NCBI GenBank assembly: GCA_030295235.1
Contig: AP026128.1
Span: 806,001 to 870,000, forward strand
Length of the DNA stretch: 64,000 nt
Reading direction: 5' to 3'
Origin: Fistulifera solaris
Lineage: Eukaryota
A program made the translations under genes and the position numbers. The notes below the pieces were generated by a model that saw nothing but the letters and a program-made list of their open reading frames with translations, searched no databases and was not told the origin of the DNA. How positions within the stretch are numbered: the stretch's first letter is position 1; the number at the start of each line of letters is the position of its first letter. Positions 1-11,535 of the stretch are shown here, one piece after another.

Positions 1-1180
1 CAGTACAACCATACAGCGTTATCGCCAGCAATGAAGTAGCCAAGGGGTAAACTTTCAATTTTGTTGGCAAGCGGATTAAGCTTATGTGCAGACACGTCTG
101 GTTGGCTGCCAGGAAGCAACGCAGACAGAGGTAAAGCGCATAGTGGGATCACAGCACGCTTGGCCGTTGATGCCGTAGCGGTGATAATGACCAGAAAAAA
201 AGGCCTTTTGGTTTCCTTCACCACAATCAGAGACTCGCGGAGTTTTTGTGCAAATAAGGAACCCATCAAGGCAACCGACACATCCATTGATGACACCACG
301 GGTACTCTTCTTCCGAAACCCCCTAGCTGCATGCTTTATCTCTGCCTCGGTTGAAGGAAACTTTATCGCAAGCTCGGGACACTGAATAAGAGCCTTGAGG
401 CAGTTGTTTGTGACGCGGTAAAACGAGGACTTTGAAATTCCCATCTGCAAACACACAGCACGATAATCTGTGCCGCTCAACCACCGCAAAGTCGTGGCAA
501 CGATAAGGACAGTATCAATAGGATCCGTTCCTGTGCTGTAGGAACGACATTTCCTTATTGATTTTCAGAAAAGGATCCAAGAGCGAACACAGCTTTTGAA
601 AGGATGGGTAAGTCATTCGATACAACATGACAAATTCATTTACACGTCGAAGATGCAAAATGTTGACGTGTCTGGTCCAATCGATTCGCTTGTTCACAAT
701 GTATTCCGGACGAGGAATTGGGCGCCTTTTATATGCGGCGCATGCAATAGCAGCGACGACAAAGTCGTCCACAATGATATCGTCGTCCGTATCATCATCA
801 GAATCCGATTCGGAAAACAGATCCATATCACAATCAGAATCAAAATCCCAGTCGGAATCGGAATCGGACTCATGCAGCCAGGAGTGGATAATGTCGCTGC
901 AATTTATGGAAGAAAACATAGCAAGCGTTTACGTTAGGTGAATGAACGAAAGCAATGAACATTAAGTGAAATGCCGACAATCTAAAATGTGGCGCCAAAA
1001 TTGATTTTTAAAAAAAAATGCGTTGTCTTACTGTCACTAACATTAAAACCCATGATCCCAAGTGTCAAAACTCGTTAACACCAATTACGGACCCCATGTA
1101 GGGATAAGCCTCTTGAGTGCCAGTCGTAGGCCATAAAACCTGGGATCCCATCCTCAAAACCCTGCCGTTAGTACAGGCCC
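1..1180 (-). mobile_element. PIF/Harbinger-type DNA transposon (partial), transposase 919->1 with frameshifts
   Basis: Joining frames gives YRMTYPSFQKLCSLL...PIDTVLIVATTLRWLSGTDY...CVGCLDG...FFSGHYHRYGINGQACCD...PGSQPD...YFIAGDNA, typical DDE_Tnp_4/HARBI1 motifs. At least 3 frameshifts. Candidate terminus GGGCCTGTACTAACGGCAGG (minus strand) ends at 1180. The other end lies outside the window. Confidence 0.85.
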
Positions 1181-4178
1181 TATAGTAAATACAAGAGAGG
1201 GCGAATTTACATCATGAATCATTACAGGACATGTGTGAAAGCCCTTATCCCTAAGGAAGTTTTCATGACTTCAAAGTCGACTTACAGGATAAGTGGACTT
1301 GAAAGTCCTCTTAATTTCTGGACGTAGGACATGGTAGGATTTGTACACAGATGATTTTTTCTCCACCTCGCGTAACAACGACAGCGACGTCAATGATGCT
1401 GATCATTGATTTGCATCAAAAAGAGCGATTCAGTTAAAGAAATTCTAATACAAACATAGTAAATCCTCTTGCTATCGGTATGGGCTGCTAAACTTGCCCA
1501 AGGGCTGCTTGTAAGAGCCGAAGGGGACTTATCGCCTCGTATTCGTAATACCTCCGTTGCGCAGTCGATTGCAGCCAACTCCTGTTGAGAAAATCAATGT
1601 ACCCGACTATGTAAGTGATCGAAATATCATAAGGACTTTCTTTATTAGCTCTCACCTATTGTCAACGCTGTAGGCCCCATTCGTTCCGGTAAATACCCCC
1701 GACGGCGCAAGCAATTTTATGATCGTCGCCATGCTTTTTCCCTAAGTAAAATCGTGATTTGTGGACGCGCTTCTTTAATTTCAAACTCCTTCATTCAACA
1801 ATCAACCAAAGTGTCCAAGAAAAGTCAATTCTTGTTTTATTACTTGAACTCCGCTCCGTTGGGGTCGGTAGCTGCTCTAGAGTCACGACGAGCGGAGCCT
1901 ATCCATGATCTCGACTAGCAGGCCATTCTGAACGCCATCTGCTTGATTTACCTCGCAAACTTGCACAAAGAAAGGAATCTATTTACTGCAGTTTGTTTTT
2001 ACGGAGGTTTTGAGCCTCCGTCTGTTTCAAGAGTTCGTGTTATCGTGACGTGATAGTGTGGAAACAACAATTTGCTCCTCACATCAATGCGTTGGAAACT
2101 GGTGCTGTTTTGGTATACATGTTCGCGAAGGCTTTGCAAAAGAAGCCCAGTACTCCTCTTCTTGATATTATGTTGGATTCGAGTGAGGAATCTAGCGATT
2201 GCAACTTCTTCCGTCGTTTTCCTTTGAGAGTGATTCAATGCTGTTGCTTCGCCGACATGCGTACAACAATCCCCATGCCAGCCATGGACTCGTTTACAAC
2301 TTTTGGCGCCTTTTATGTGTCGAGGCAGGGATTCGTTGACCGCTAATTTTATTCAGAAAATGGATGGAAGGGAATGTTAGGCACACAACGGTGTCTATAT
2401 TACATGTTTCATTGCAACAAAGAAGCGTCGGAAGTCTTTACGATGCCTAGGTCAGCTTAATAGATCTAAGTTCTTTCTTTTGCTTAAACGCGATTATTAT
2501 ACGGAGTAGTAAGATTGACTTAGTCATTAGCAGTGTTTTCTCCTAAGGGCGAATGGTATAGCAGAGGCCATGAGCCGTCCACGAGGGTGTTCAAAACAAC
2601 GGCCAAAGTCCAATTCTACCATAAATACTCCATTTAAAGACGCATAAGCACTTATAAGTATTATCAATTAAAGAAATGATAGTCAGCCTTGTTCAAATAT
2701 TCCGAATTAGGCATCAGGTGTTGCACCACGACTGCGAAGAGACACCATATTTCGCTTGATGTAAGACGAAAAACTGTATTGCCCGTAACGAATGGGTAAA
2801 TGATTCAACTAAAACTTTAAACTATGGCTTCTATAACATGTTAAGCGTTGGTTTAGAATACAATAGGTCGCACGCCTTGATTGTAAACGAGTGTCGAAAC
2901 GGCCAAGGCGTCCCCATCCAATGCGTTCGACTATACAACCTCGATTTGAGTTCAATTAACGAAGAAATTTCGGCAACACTCTGTCGCTCAAATAGTTCTG
3001 CTAGTCGAAGTTCTTTCGTAGGATCATGTCAAGGCGTTTTCCTCGAAAATTGAGCAAAAGAGGCGCGGACATACCGAAAACAGCCCCCTTTCCCGAGCTC
3101 AAAGATCGAGCATTTAAACCATTTCTTGCGACATATAAAGCACTCAAACACCCAGCCTTTCCTCTAGAGTGTCATTTCTAAGGTCTTTTAGTCGTCAAAT
3201 CGTTGTTTATACATTTCAAAACAACGAAAGACAGTGGCGGATCGATCGGTTCTTCCGGGGTTTTTTGACGTTGTCGAAAAAACGCCACCGTGCGCCGTAG
3301 GTATCCGTTGCTACCTTCGAAATGGTCCGGCAGGCTCCCAAGGTGTCTAAGCAAGCGCATGGCTGATTAAACAAGCAACGTGCATTTTGTTCAAGCATGT
3401 TTTGTTGATCGACAACAGCAATGGAGAAATCGGTATTTCGTCGGGTGGAGAAAATGGATTTATGTAAAAAACGTACTATGTCCTACGCAAAAAAATTTAG
3501 AGGACTTATAAGTCGATTTAGGGCAAAAAACAGGTAATGAGCCCACAAAAAACTTCCTTAGGGTTATTGATAATTGCTTATGTCAGCGACTAGAGTGCAG
3601 CTTTCCAAGCCAAAAAACTGAACGGAGGGTTAATAATAGTCTACCACTGTCGCTCGGAAAAATTATGTTTCGTGACTGAAATGCAGTCGTGGTAATGTTG
3701 GCTTACACTGTAAAAAGCTAACCCATTCGGCATGTGCTAGTGCATTATGTTTCTTGTCGTTTTTTAAGAATCGTTCGCAACCCTTAAAGATCGCGGTGTC
3801 GTTTACGTGCTAATACTGTCATAATTTGCTATACAGTTACACTCGTTAAGACGGACTGGGACTGAGTAATGCCCCAAACAACAGTCCTGTACTGTCAGAT
3901 GGGTCCGAATGTTGGCTCGGTCTCTCGGAATATACAATCCTGCAAAATATATGAATATCTTTAACCATGGGCTGACTGTCGGTTTTCGCGTGGACGAAAA
4001 TCGTTGGAAGGTGTGATAACAATAGCGTTGTATCCGCAGTGTTTTAAGCTTTCATGCAAAAAAACGAGCAATCGGCAGACAAGCCTCCAGTCATTTGGAT
4101 CGTTAAACCTTTGGTTGATTGTTATCTCTTCAGCGATGGGGCGCGCATGCCATTAATTTGGTGGCATGTCTAGTTTCT

Positions 4179-5561
4179 TCACCCGCTTCCTTTGCGTCGT
4201 GAAGCTTTCAATGCTTCTTCAAAGTTGTAAGGTAAGCATACTTGTTTCCACCCTGCTGGTCGTGGAACACACCCTTCGGCTCCGCGTTCTTGTACTTTCT
4301 TGCCGTGAACCTCCCACGCATCGTATCCGCTTTTCGGCATACGAAGATACTCATAGCGTTGTCGGATCTCTTCAAGCGCAAAGTCCGTGTCGCCATTACA
4401 ACACCAATCCGAATAAGAAGAATAGCAGCGCATATCGCTTGCCCCAGCATTTATCTCACAAAACGGATGCGATACAGCTTGATTCTCTCGCGCCATGACA
4501 AGGGATAGAGGCATGGATTGCGTAAAGCTACTGGGCCGAGCCGCAATTACAACATCCGCATGACTCAGAAGTATCATATCCATGAGGGTTGACTCCCAGC
4601 TACGCCAGCATTTAAACCCTGACCCCAGAACTTGTCCCCTTTCTCCAAACAAAACACCATCGCCTTTTGCGGGACGCACTTGATTCACATGCAAGATTGA
4701 AACACCATGGGGATCGAGAAGCGACTTTATTTCTTGTATGATGTCGGCTGTATCTGTCGAAACGAAAAGCTGAATAGATTTCTTTTGCCATTCTGACCGT
4801 GACAGTATCAGCTCCACCACTCGTCTCAACCAGCTCGATGGATCTTTTATTGCACGTCCTCGGTTCTGGAAGTCACCAGTCTCTCCATTTCCCGCTCGAA
4901 TATGGATACCGATAGTAGTGATAGTGGGATGAAAATGCTCTTTTCGATAGTCTTCTACTGCCTGACGACCACGAAACCGGTCTCGGTGTTGACGATAAAA
5001 ATGGACGTCAGAATCGATCTTATCCTGCACGCACGGACATTCGCTAGTCGAAGATGAGTTTCGTTGAAATTTGATCATACCATCGACTTCATTGTTCATC
5101 CGAACAAAGTGATTGCGGTGTTGCACGTGCGTCAGCTCCGATGGCGGCTGCGGCCCGAACAAATAATGATACACCTCCACTGCATCGCAATATCCCCAGA
5201 AACTCCGCAAAGCGAATCCCAACTTTGAAGCCGCATAATATGCGTCAGACAACTTTGATAAACGGTGCCCTAGTCCGCAACAAGCGTTGTAGTCGACAGA
5301 GGATAAGTTGTAAATGTCGCCAGGCAGGGATTGTTGCGTTGTTTCGCTTTTCGATGAATCTGTGATGAAGACTTCTTTCGACAGAATAGAAGTTTCTGAC
5401 GTTTTAGAAGAGTCTTCTTTCGGATTCATAGACTGATAGACATATGCTGTAAGGTTGAAGACGGTAAGGAAAAGAATCATCGCTTTGGCCACAAGGAGGA
5501 AACGCAATGACCGTTTTGGCGAACTGTTGCGGTGACTCAAAATAATGCTTCTTATCGCCAT
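4179..5561 (-). CDS. Type II membrane glycosyltransferase, O-fucosyltransferase/NodZ (GT23-like) fold
   Basis: 460-aa ORF with an N-terminal TM anchor and motifs GLGHRL, IGIHIRAGNGE, LFVSTD, DMILLSHADVVI..SSFT characteristic of GDP-fucose-dependent transferases. Confidence 0.7.
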   Translation of the reverse strand: MAIRSIILSHRNSSPKRSLRFLLVAKAMILFLTVFNLTAYVYQSMNPKEDSSKTSETSILSKEVFITDSSKSETTQQSLPGDIYNLSSVDYNACCGLGHRLSKLSDAYYAASKLGFALRSFWGYCDAVEVYHYLFGPQPPSELTHVQHRNHFVRMNNEVDGMIKFQRNSSSTSECPCVQDKIDSDVHFYRQHRDRFRGRQAVEDYRKEHFHPTITTIGIHIRAGNGETGDFQNRGRAIKDPSSWLRRVVELILSRSEWQKKSIQLFVSTDTADIIQEIKSLLDPHGVSILHVNQVRPAKGDGVLFGERGQVLGSGFKCWRSWESTLMDMILLSHADVVIAARPSSFTQSMPLSLVMARENQAVSHPFCEINAGASDMRCYSSYSDWCCNGDTDFALEEIRQRYEYLRMPKSGYDAWEVHGKKVQERGAEGCVPRPAGWKQVCLPYNFEEALKASRRKGSG

Positions 5562-5981
5562 TGCGCCTACGTAGACCTACAGGCGATCAGCGGCAACAGA
5601 CAACGGTTTAGTGGCGGATGTCAAATACGGGCTATCTTTTTTATTTCGTTCTTTGGGTGAATATAAGGGTAAATGGAGTTACTTTGCGTATTTAACAAGC
5701 ATCCCAGTCCGCGATGTGCGGCGGCAGCTTCAAATTTCAATAAGGCCACGCCAAATTTCTGGAACGGCACCTGGTACTCCAGTTTCACTCTATAATTTAC
5801 TGTATCTGCATGTGTGCTTTGCGACATTGAAGACGGATCAGAAAAAGACACACACACGCCTCGCACGCATTATTTTTTCCAGCTCATTGATCACAATTAC
5901 TCACAATGATGCTGACTCTTGCGATATGAATGCTTCATATGTTAATAAAACCACTTAGAGACAACAGACAAGACGAAGAAC

Positions 5982-7008
5982 ATGCACCGAAGCATCCTCG
6001 CCCGTTGTTGTGACGCTCTTATCGCCGAATCCGACTCTTTCGCAGAGTTTCAAGAACTGGTTACTGAGCAACACATGGAGAATAAACATTTTGGAAGAAA
6101 GCAGCAACACTGTCAAATCAAGCATCGAAGATGATGACCTCGATCGCTGGGGTGCAGCCGCGTGGAGTTCATTAGCGATTGATGTGTCTGGTGACGACGA
6201 AAGACCATCAACGCTGCTTCATCTTTTATCTCCTGCGAATGCATCAGCAACAACGAAGGGCTCGCTCTCCTTGCTTTCGATACAACATGCATCTTCTGTA
6301 GAAGAATCTCGTTCTCAACTAGCGGCTGTATTTTCTGAGAAAGGATCTCCTTTTTCGATTCGATTACGGCGACTCTTGAATAGACCCATCCTTCCGTCTC
6401 ACTTGTTAGATCAGACGCTATTTCAGTGGGACGAACAATACACGACTGGTGAAGTGACCCCTTCCCGGGAAATACATGTTTCTCCGTCTCCGAAGAAACC
6501 GCAACTCAAAGAAGTTGCCTTACCCGTCGACAATATCGCTTTACAACTACCATCGAGTGGAGTTACCGGTCTTTTACAATGCTCTCCGCAACTGGCAATT
6601 CGTCCCTTACCCCGCGCTATGCACGACCGTTTTCTGACTGTCCCTACTCTGGTATTTCATCAGTCAGCGGACATAAAACCCACAGCAGACTGGCATCCCA
6701 TTGGAGTTTCCAGTTCACGCAAAGGACAATATATGCAATACAAATATGGACTCGATGTGCGGTTGTGTCCCTCGACGATTCGTGAAAGCATGTTCTGTGA
6801 AGCTCAAGATTCCATGTTAGCCGGTTCGCTTCAAGAACTTCAATCTACGAAAGTTTTAGACAATAAGTCTACCGACGATGACCCGCGAATGAACAAGATG
6901 GATTGCTGGGTGGAAGTGAGGGCCAACTTGAAGAGACCATCGGGCTACTTTCAGCAGAACAAAACGACGCCGCGATTTGCAAAAGCCCCGGATATTCCTT
7001 ATGAATAA
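5982..7008 (+). CDS. Hypothetical protein, probable N-terminal signal peptide
   Basis: 332-aa open frame. ATG at 5982 joins it after removing one C from a C run, giving MHRSILAVVVTLLSP.... No recognised domain. Confidence 0.55.
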
Positions 7009-7370
7009 TGATAGAAAACGTTATACAGTACATAGCTATGATAGCACTAAGGGGGTATCATCGCGGAAATAACCACTAGTACTTGGTTTATTACTTCTTA
7101 GTATGTCGAAAACGATACTGAAAATGAAACGATTGCTAGATCGGCAGCGAATGTCATCTATTTCATCCAAATTATCAACAACGTCAAACTAACCTAATGG
7201 CTAGAAAAATTTGCTTAGAGCATTTGCTAGACGCAAGGTTATTTTGCGAAATGCAAGTTTTAAAAATGATCTACATTTTACCGGGACTGAATCTCTATGA
7301 GTCACGACTCATGACAGGTCAACACTACAGTTCACATAAGGTTAGGACTAAGATGAACCAGTGGAAAGTT

Positions 7371-7390
7371 CGTGCCGAGCGCGTGCTTGA
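7371..7390 (+). promoter_or_regulatory. Conserved upstream motif, copy 1 (CGTGCCGAGCGCGTGCTTGA)
   Basis: The same motif lies ~140-180 bp upstream of all three ferric reductase ATGs. Confidence 0.6.
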
Positions 7391-7525
7391 TCGACCATGA
7401 TGACTGCGACTTCGAATCATTCTTCTGCGCCGCTTGCCGCTCTTCACGAAACGAGAAAGCCGTGATAGCCATGAGAAAAATCATGTGCTGATCTCATTAT
7501 TCTTGTTCTTGTTGCAAATAAAAGG

Positions 7526-10087
7526 ATGATGCAATGGGAATGGGACACGGCGAAAGGCCGATTGATTCCTTACTGGTTAACGGTGTTAAGCGGTTTCTTT
7601 ATCATTTCATTCTGGTGTGCCTTTTCGAATGATCCTTTCTACAAGCTCTTTTATAAAGCCATCTTTCATCCGGTATGTTGACTGCATCATCTTTCATCGA
7701 CATTAGAGCTTCATTCTGACTTCACAATCAATGATTCTGCAAATTTCTAGTTGACGAAGCACATGCATAATTATGAGGAAATGGATGAATGGTCCGACGT
7801 TTTTATTGGGATTATTGCACCAGTTGCTTTCGCAACCTGCGCGTGCTCTTTGTTGTTGACGACACACCGCTTACCGACATGGCGATGCAGCTGGGTACAA
7901 AGAATTGCGGCTGCACTTCGTCGTCATCCCTCGACCAGAGAAAACAATAATGACATTCCTTCGATACCAGCATCGATGACACAACAATTTAAAGCAAACT
8001 TCTGGTTCTTTGTATCGAGTCTCCGTCTCCCTTTCCGAAGCATGTCATCGGATGCTTTGTACGGATACGAGCTGGCGAGTAAAAAGGTCAATCAGTTTAG
8101 CCGTGGCGAACCCGATTTCAATATGCTTTCGTTTGCGTGCATCTTTCTTCCCATCATGATTGGCTTACTCGCGTACATGCCCGTCAGTATCGCGTTTGCC
8201 GATGAGAAGGCTGCCATGTTCGAGATGAGTGTCGCGAAACTGCGCCTCGAAGGAGTATCGTACCTCTATGGTTACGGCTCCATCGTGTGCCTTTCCCTGT
8301 TCCTGATCCCGGTCACGCGACATAGTGTGCTTCTGGCGGCCATGGGTTGGAGCCCCATCCACGCACTACGAATGCACATTTGGTTCGGATACATGTCCTT
8401 TATTTTCATGTTCATCCACGGTATCCTTCTTGTCCCCGTGTGGTTCATCTACGATCCGTATCCTGTTTATCAACAATTCATTCCCGACGCCAGATGCTGG
8501 ACCTTGACTTGGACCGAGAGCACGGAAAATGACATACAACCGTCATGTAGCCATGTTTACGCTAATTTGTCGGGACTTGTCGCCGCTATATTTTATTTCG
8601 TGCTCTGGGGGTCGAGTCTCAATTGGGTGCGCCGAAGAAACTATCGCCTCTTTTACAGCTTGCACGTTTCGTTCGGGACATTGGCCCTACTGGGTATTAC
8701 CTTGCATATGTATTGGTTTGTGATCTACTTCATTCCAAGCTTCACATACTATCTTGCCTCGACAACACCGACGTTGGTGCAAGCGATCGCCAGCCGCTTT
8801 CGCGGAGGAGTCAAGATCCGCAAGGTTGTGCTCGTCGAAGACAGCGGCGGCTGCGTTGAAGTTCAGATTAAGGCTCACCAAACGGCGCATGCTGTGCTAG
8901 ATCGCGAACCCTGTCAATACATCAAACTTTGCGTCCCGAAGATATCGCTCATCTGGCACCCGTTCGACGTCTTCAAGAGCTACTCCGCCGATGGCACGGC
9001 CGACGACACGGTCCGCTTTCTGTTTCGTCCCGTTGGTCCATTCACCAAGGAGCTCGCAAAACGCTTGACTTCCGACGTCGAGCGCCCCGTGACGCTGGTG
9101 GACGGATTTTATCTTGGTGCTGACAACAGTGAGCTCGCGTTGCAGCACGACTGTGTGACAATGGTTGCTGGCGGTGTTGCTCTTTCTCCGTATTTGACAC
9201 TGATTCCTGCACTGTTAAGCCGCATCGCCTTGGCGGAGAGTGTTGGTGATAACGTGAAAACCAAGTCCATCGTGCTCCACTGGGTAGTTCGTGAACCGGG
9301 ACTTTGTCGCCACTACGTTCAGAGCTATCTCAGCAATATATTGAAGCGTGCGAAAATTTTGAAATTAGAGTCCACACTTGCCATTTATGTCTACCTCACA
9401 GGAAGCGAAAAAGCTTTGGGCGATTCGTCTGAAATTGCCGCTGCAGTAGAGCCCAGCATATCTATAAGGAATCCTTCTTCAAATGAAGAGAAAGTCGTCA
9501 ATGGCATCAAAGAATCGCCGGGCCACCCTCTCGAGCTTCCTCGAATGCTTCCACGACGCTACGCAGAGTTTAGATGGAACATTCCTTACTTTGTTTTCTA
9601 TACAGCGGTAACTGTTGCTGGCGTTGTGTATTTATTTGACCGAACCCCACAAACTGTCATGAACTATTATGAGCTTTCTGAAATGACATGGATTGTCCTT
9701 TACGCTGTTTTTATGTTCGTCGGGTTCAGCTTCATTGCCGAGACATGTGTTCTTTGTTTGCGCAATTTCTGGCCGCAGCCAGTGCCGGACATGTTCGAAG
9801 TTGTTGCCACCGACGAAAAGATGAAGGAGCTGAGCGCTTCAGACGACGTGGATGTTACTGTTATAGAAAGCGGGAATCCTTCGGATGCCAACGTGATCAT
9901 TGCCTACCGCCAGGGACGCCCCACCAGCGATCAAATTTTTAAAGATGCTCGCGGTGCTGCCGAGCCTGGTATCTTTATGTGCGGTCCTAGCGCCTTAACT
10001 CAGATGGTCAAGGCGGAAGCGTCGAAAGAAAACTCTTATTTGGGACTTACCAGGTATTGCTTGTATGACGAGCCGTATGAGATGTGA
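7526..10087 (+). CDS. Ferric reductase-like transmembrane flavocytochrome (FRE/FRO family), copy 1
   Basis: Exon 1 7526-7672 (MMQWEWDTAKGRLIPYW...KAIFHP), GT-AG intron 7673-7750, exon 2 7751-10087. Two H-x13-H heme pairs, FAD motif WHPF, VDGFY, VAGGVALSPY, HWVVRE, MCGP, terminal EPYEM. Confidence 0.92.
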
Positions 10088-11392
10088 ACCCGCACTCCAA
10101 TTGCATCCTTCGGTAAAGCGGATTTTCAGGTCTTCATTAAGAAATGCCGGCGTAAGGTTACTTGCAGTAACCTGTGGTGTTGTTTATTGTACATAACATA
10201 AGACCAAAAGGATGTATTGCTAAAATGCTGAAAAAGATGCACTTTTGCTTCTTGCACTGTGAATGGTAGAGAACGATTCTTGTTGAGTAATCGCAGTTAA
10301 TCATGACACGACGATGCTTCCTGTTTATGATCTCCCTTTAAAAAGAATTGTGCGTGTCTATTCTGTGGTTGGTTGCCAATTTATTCAAATGAGCAGTCAA
10401 ACACTCAATAAAGCGTTGCCAAGAAAGTTAGATCCGGTTGGCTTACGATTAGTCTTCGGTCGGTTTTACACCAACAAGTTTGATGACAAACCGAATTGAT
10501 GACTAGCACGTAATAGCCAACGACATGGAGCTCCATTTCTTCTCATACAAAGAGCTCTCGACGGCAGTCTTATTCGTGAGTTGCGAGCCCTTAAGATAAC
10601 AAAGAAGGGTATCCAGCGATTCCGAAATCTCATTTCGGTCGGTGCTACAAACCTAGTACAAACTACCAAGCAGAGAGCAGGACCTTGGACCATTACTTGT
10701 ACTCATGCTTGGACCGTAAAGCCTGTAAATACATCGTCACGAATTTCTGACCTCACTGGACAGTTTGACAACAGAAAAAAATCGAATGTGAGTCATCCTA
10801 ACGCGCTAAACGCTACAGAGGCACAAATGCGAAGCATGAGAGCTTGGTCTCGGACTGTTTTCAGCTCGGAGTATTTACTAGAACTTTTCTTAACTTGAGA
10901 TTTAAAGGCTGATGGCGAAGCATGCTCAGCACAAGCCATCATCATTTTAAGACACCATGCAAAACACAGGCAATAAGGAGGGCTAACTGTGTACTTCATA
11001 CTCCGTGCTACATTTCGTTGAAACTCAGAAAAGTAAGACACAAAAACTAAAAGGTATCTTTCAGCTTTTAAAGTTTAAAGTTGACAAGTTGCCGTCCATC
11101 GTCCATCTTCACAACTATTTTTGATACACTATACCCTTCTACCAATGACTTGAAGTATGACAAAGATAAGAGATAAAACAAATAAGATCACTTGGACATG
11201 CTGAGTTCGCATTGCTTGCGCATTTACAACATAAAGCACAAAAACCGTTTGGCTCCAAGAATTCCATTGTCAAACTCTGAGCTCGAGACCTCGCGGCCCG
11301 CAAAGCCGTCGGTGGATTGCTCAGCAAAAGTCCTGCGATCCTGAAAATCACAGAAACAATTAACAACGGCCATCCATTTTCTCATTTGAAAC

Positions 11393-11411
11393 CATGCCAA
11401 GCGCGTGCTTG
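11393..11411 (+). promoter_or_regulatory. Conserved upstream motif, copy 2 (CATGCCAAGCGCGTGCTTG)
   Basis: Matches the motifs at 7371 and 15832. Confidence 0.6.
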
Positions 11412-11535
11412 CCAAGATGGATACCTTGACACTTCGATTGATGGATACCTATTTCACTGCGCCGAAATTTGATGAAAGATACCAGCCTCATAAAATTGAC
11501 GCTGCATCAAAATACTTGCTTTTGCGATTCGGATC

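Noticed and set aside
1999..3900. Short ORFs and possible decayed element remnants
   Set aside because: No recognisable domain, termini or repeats that I can support by eye
10314..11041. Short ORFs between FRE copies 1 and 2
   Set aside because: No motifs, non-ATG starts and in-frame stops. Possibly decayed sequence but unsupported.
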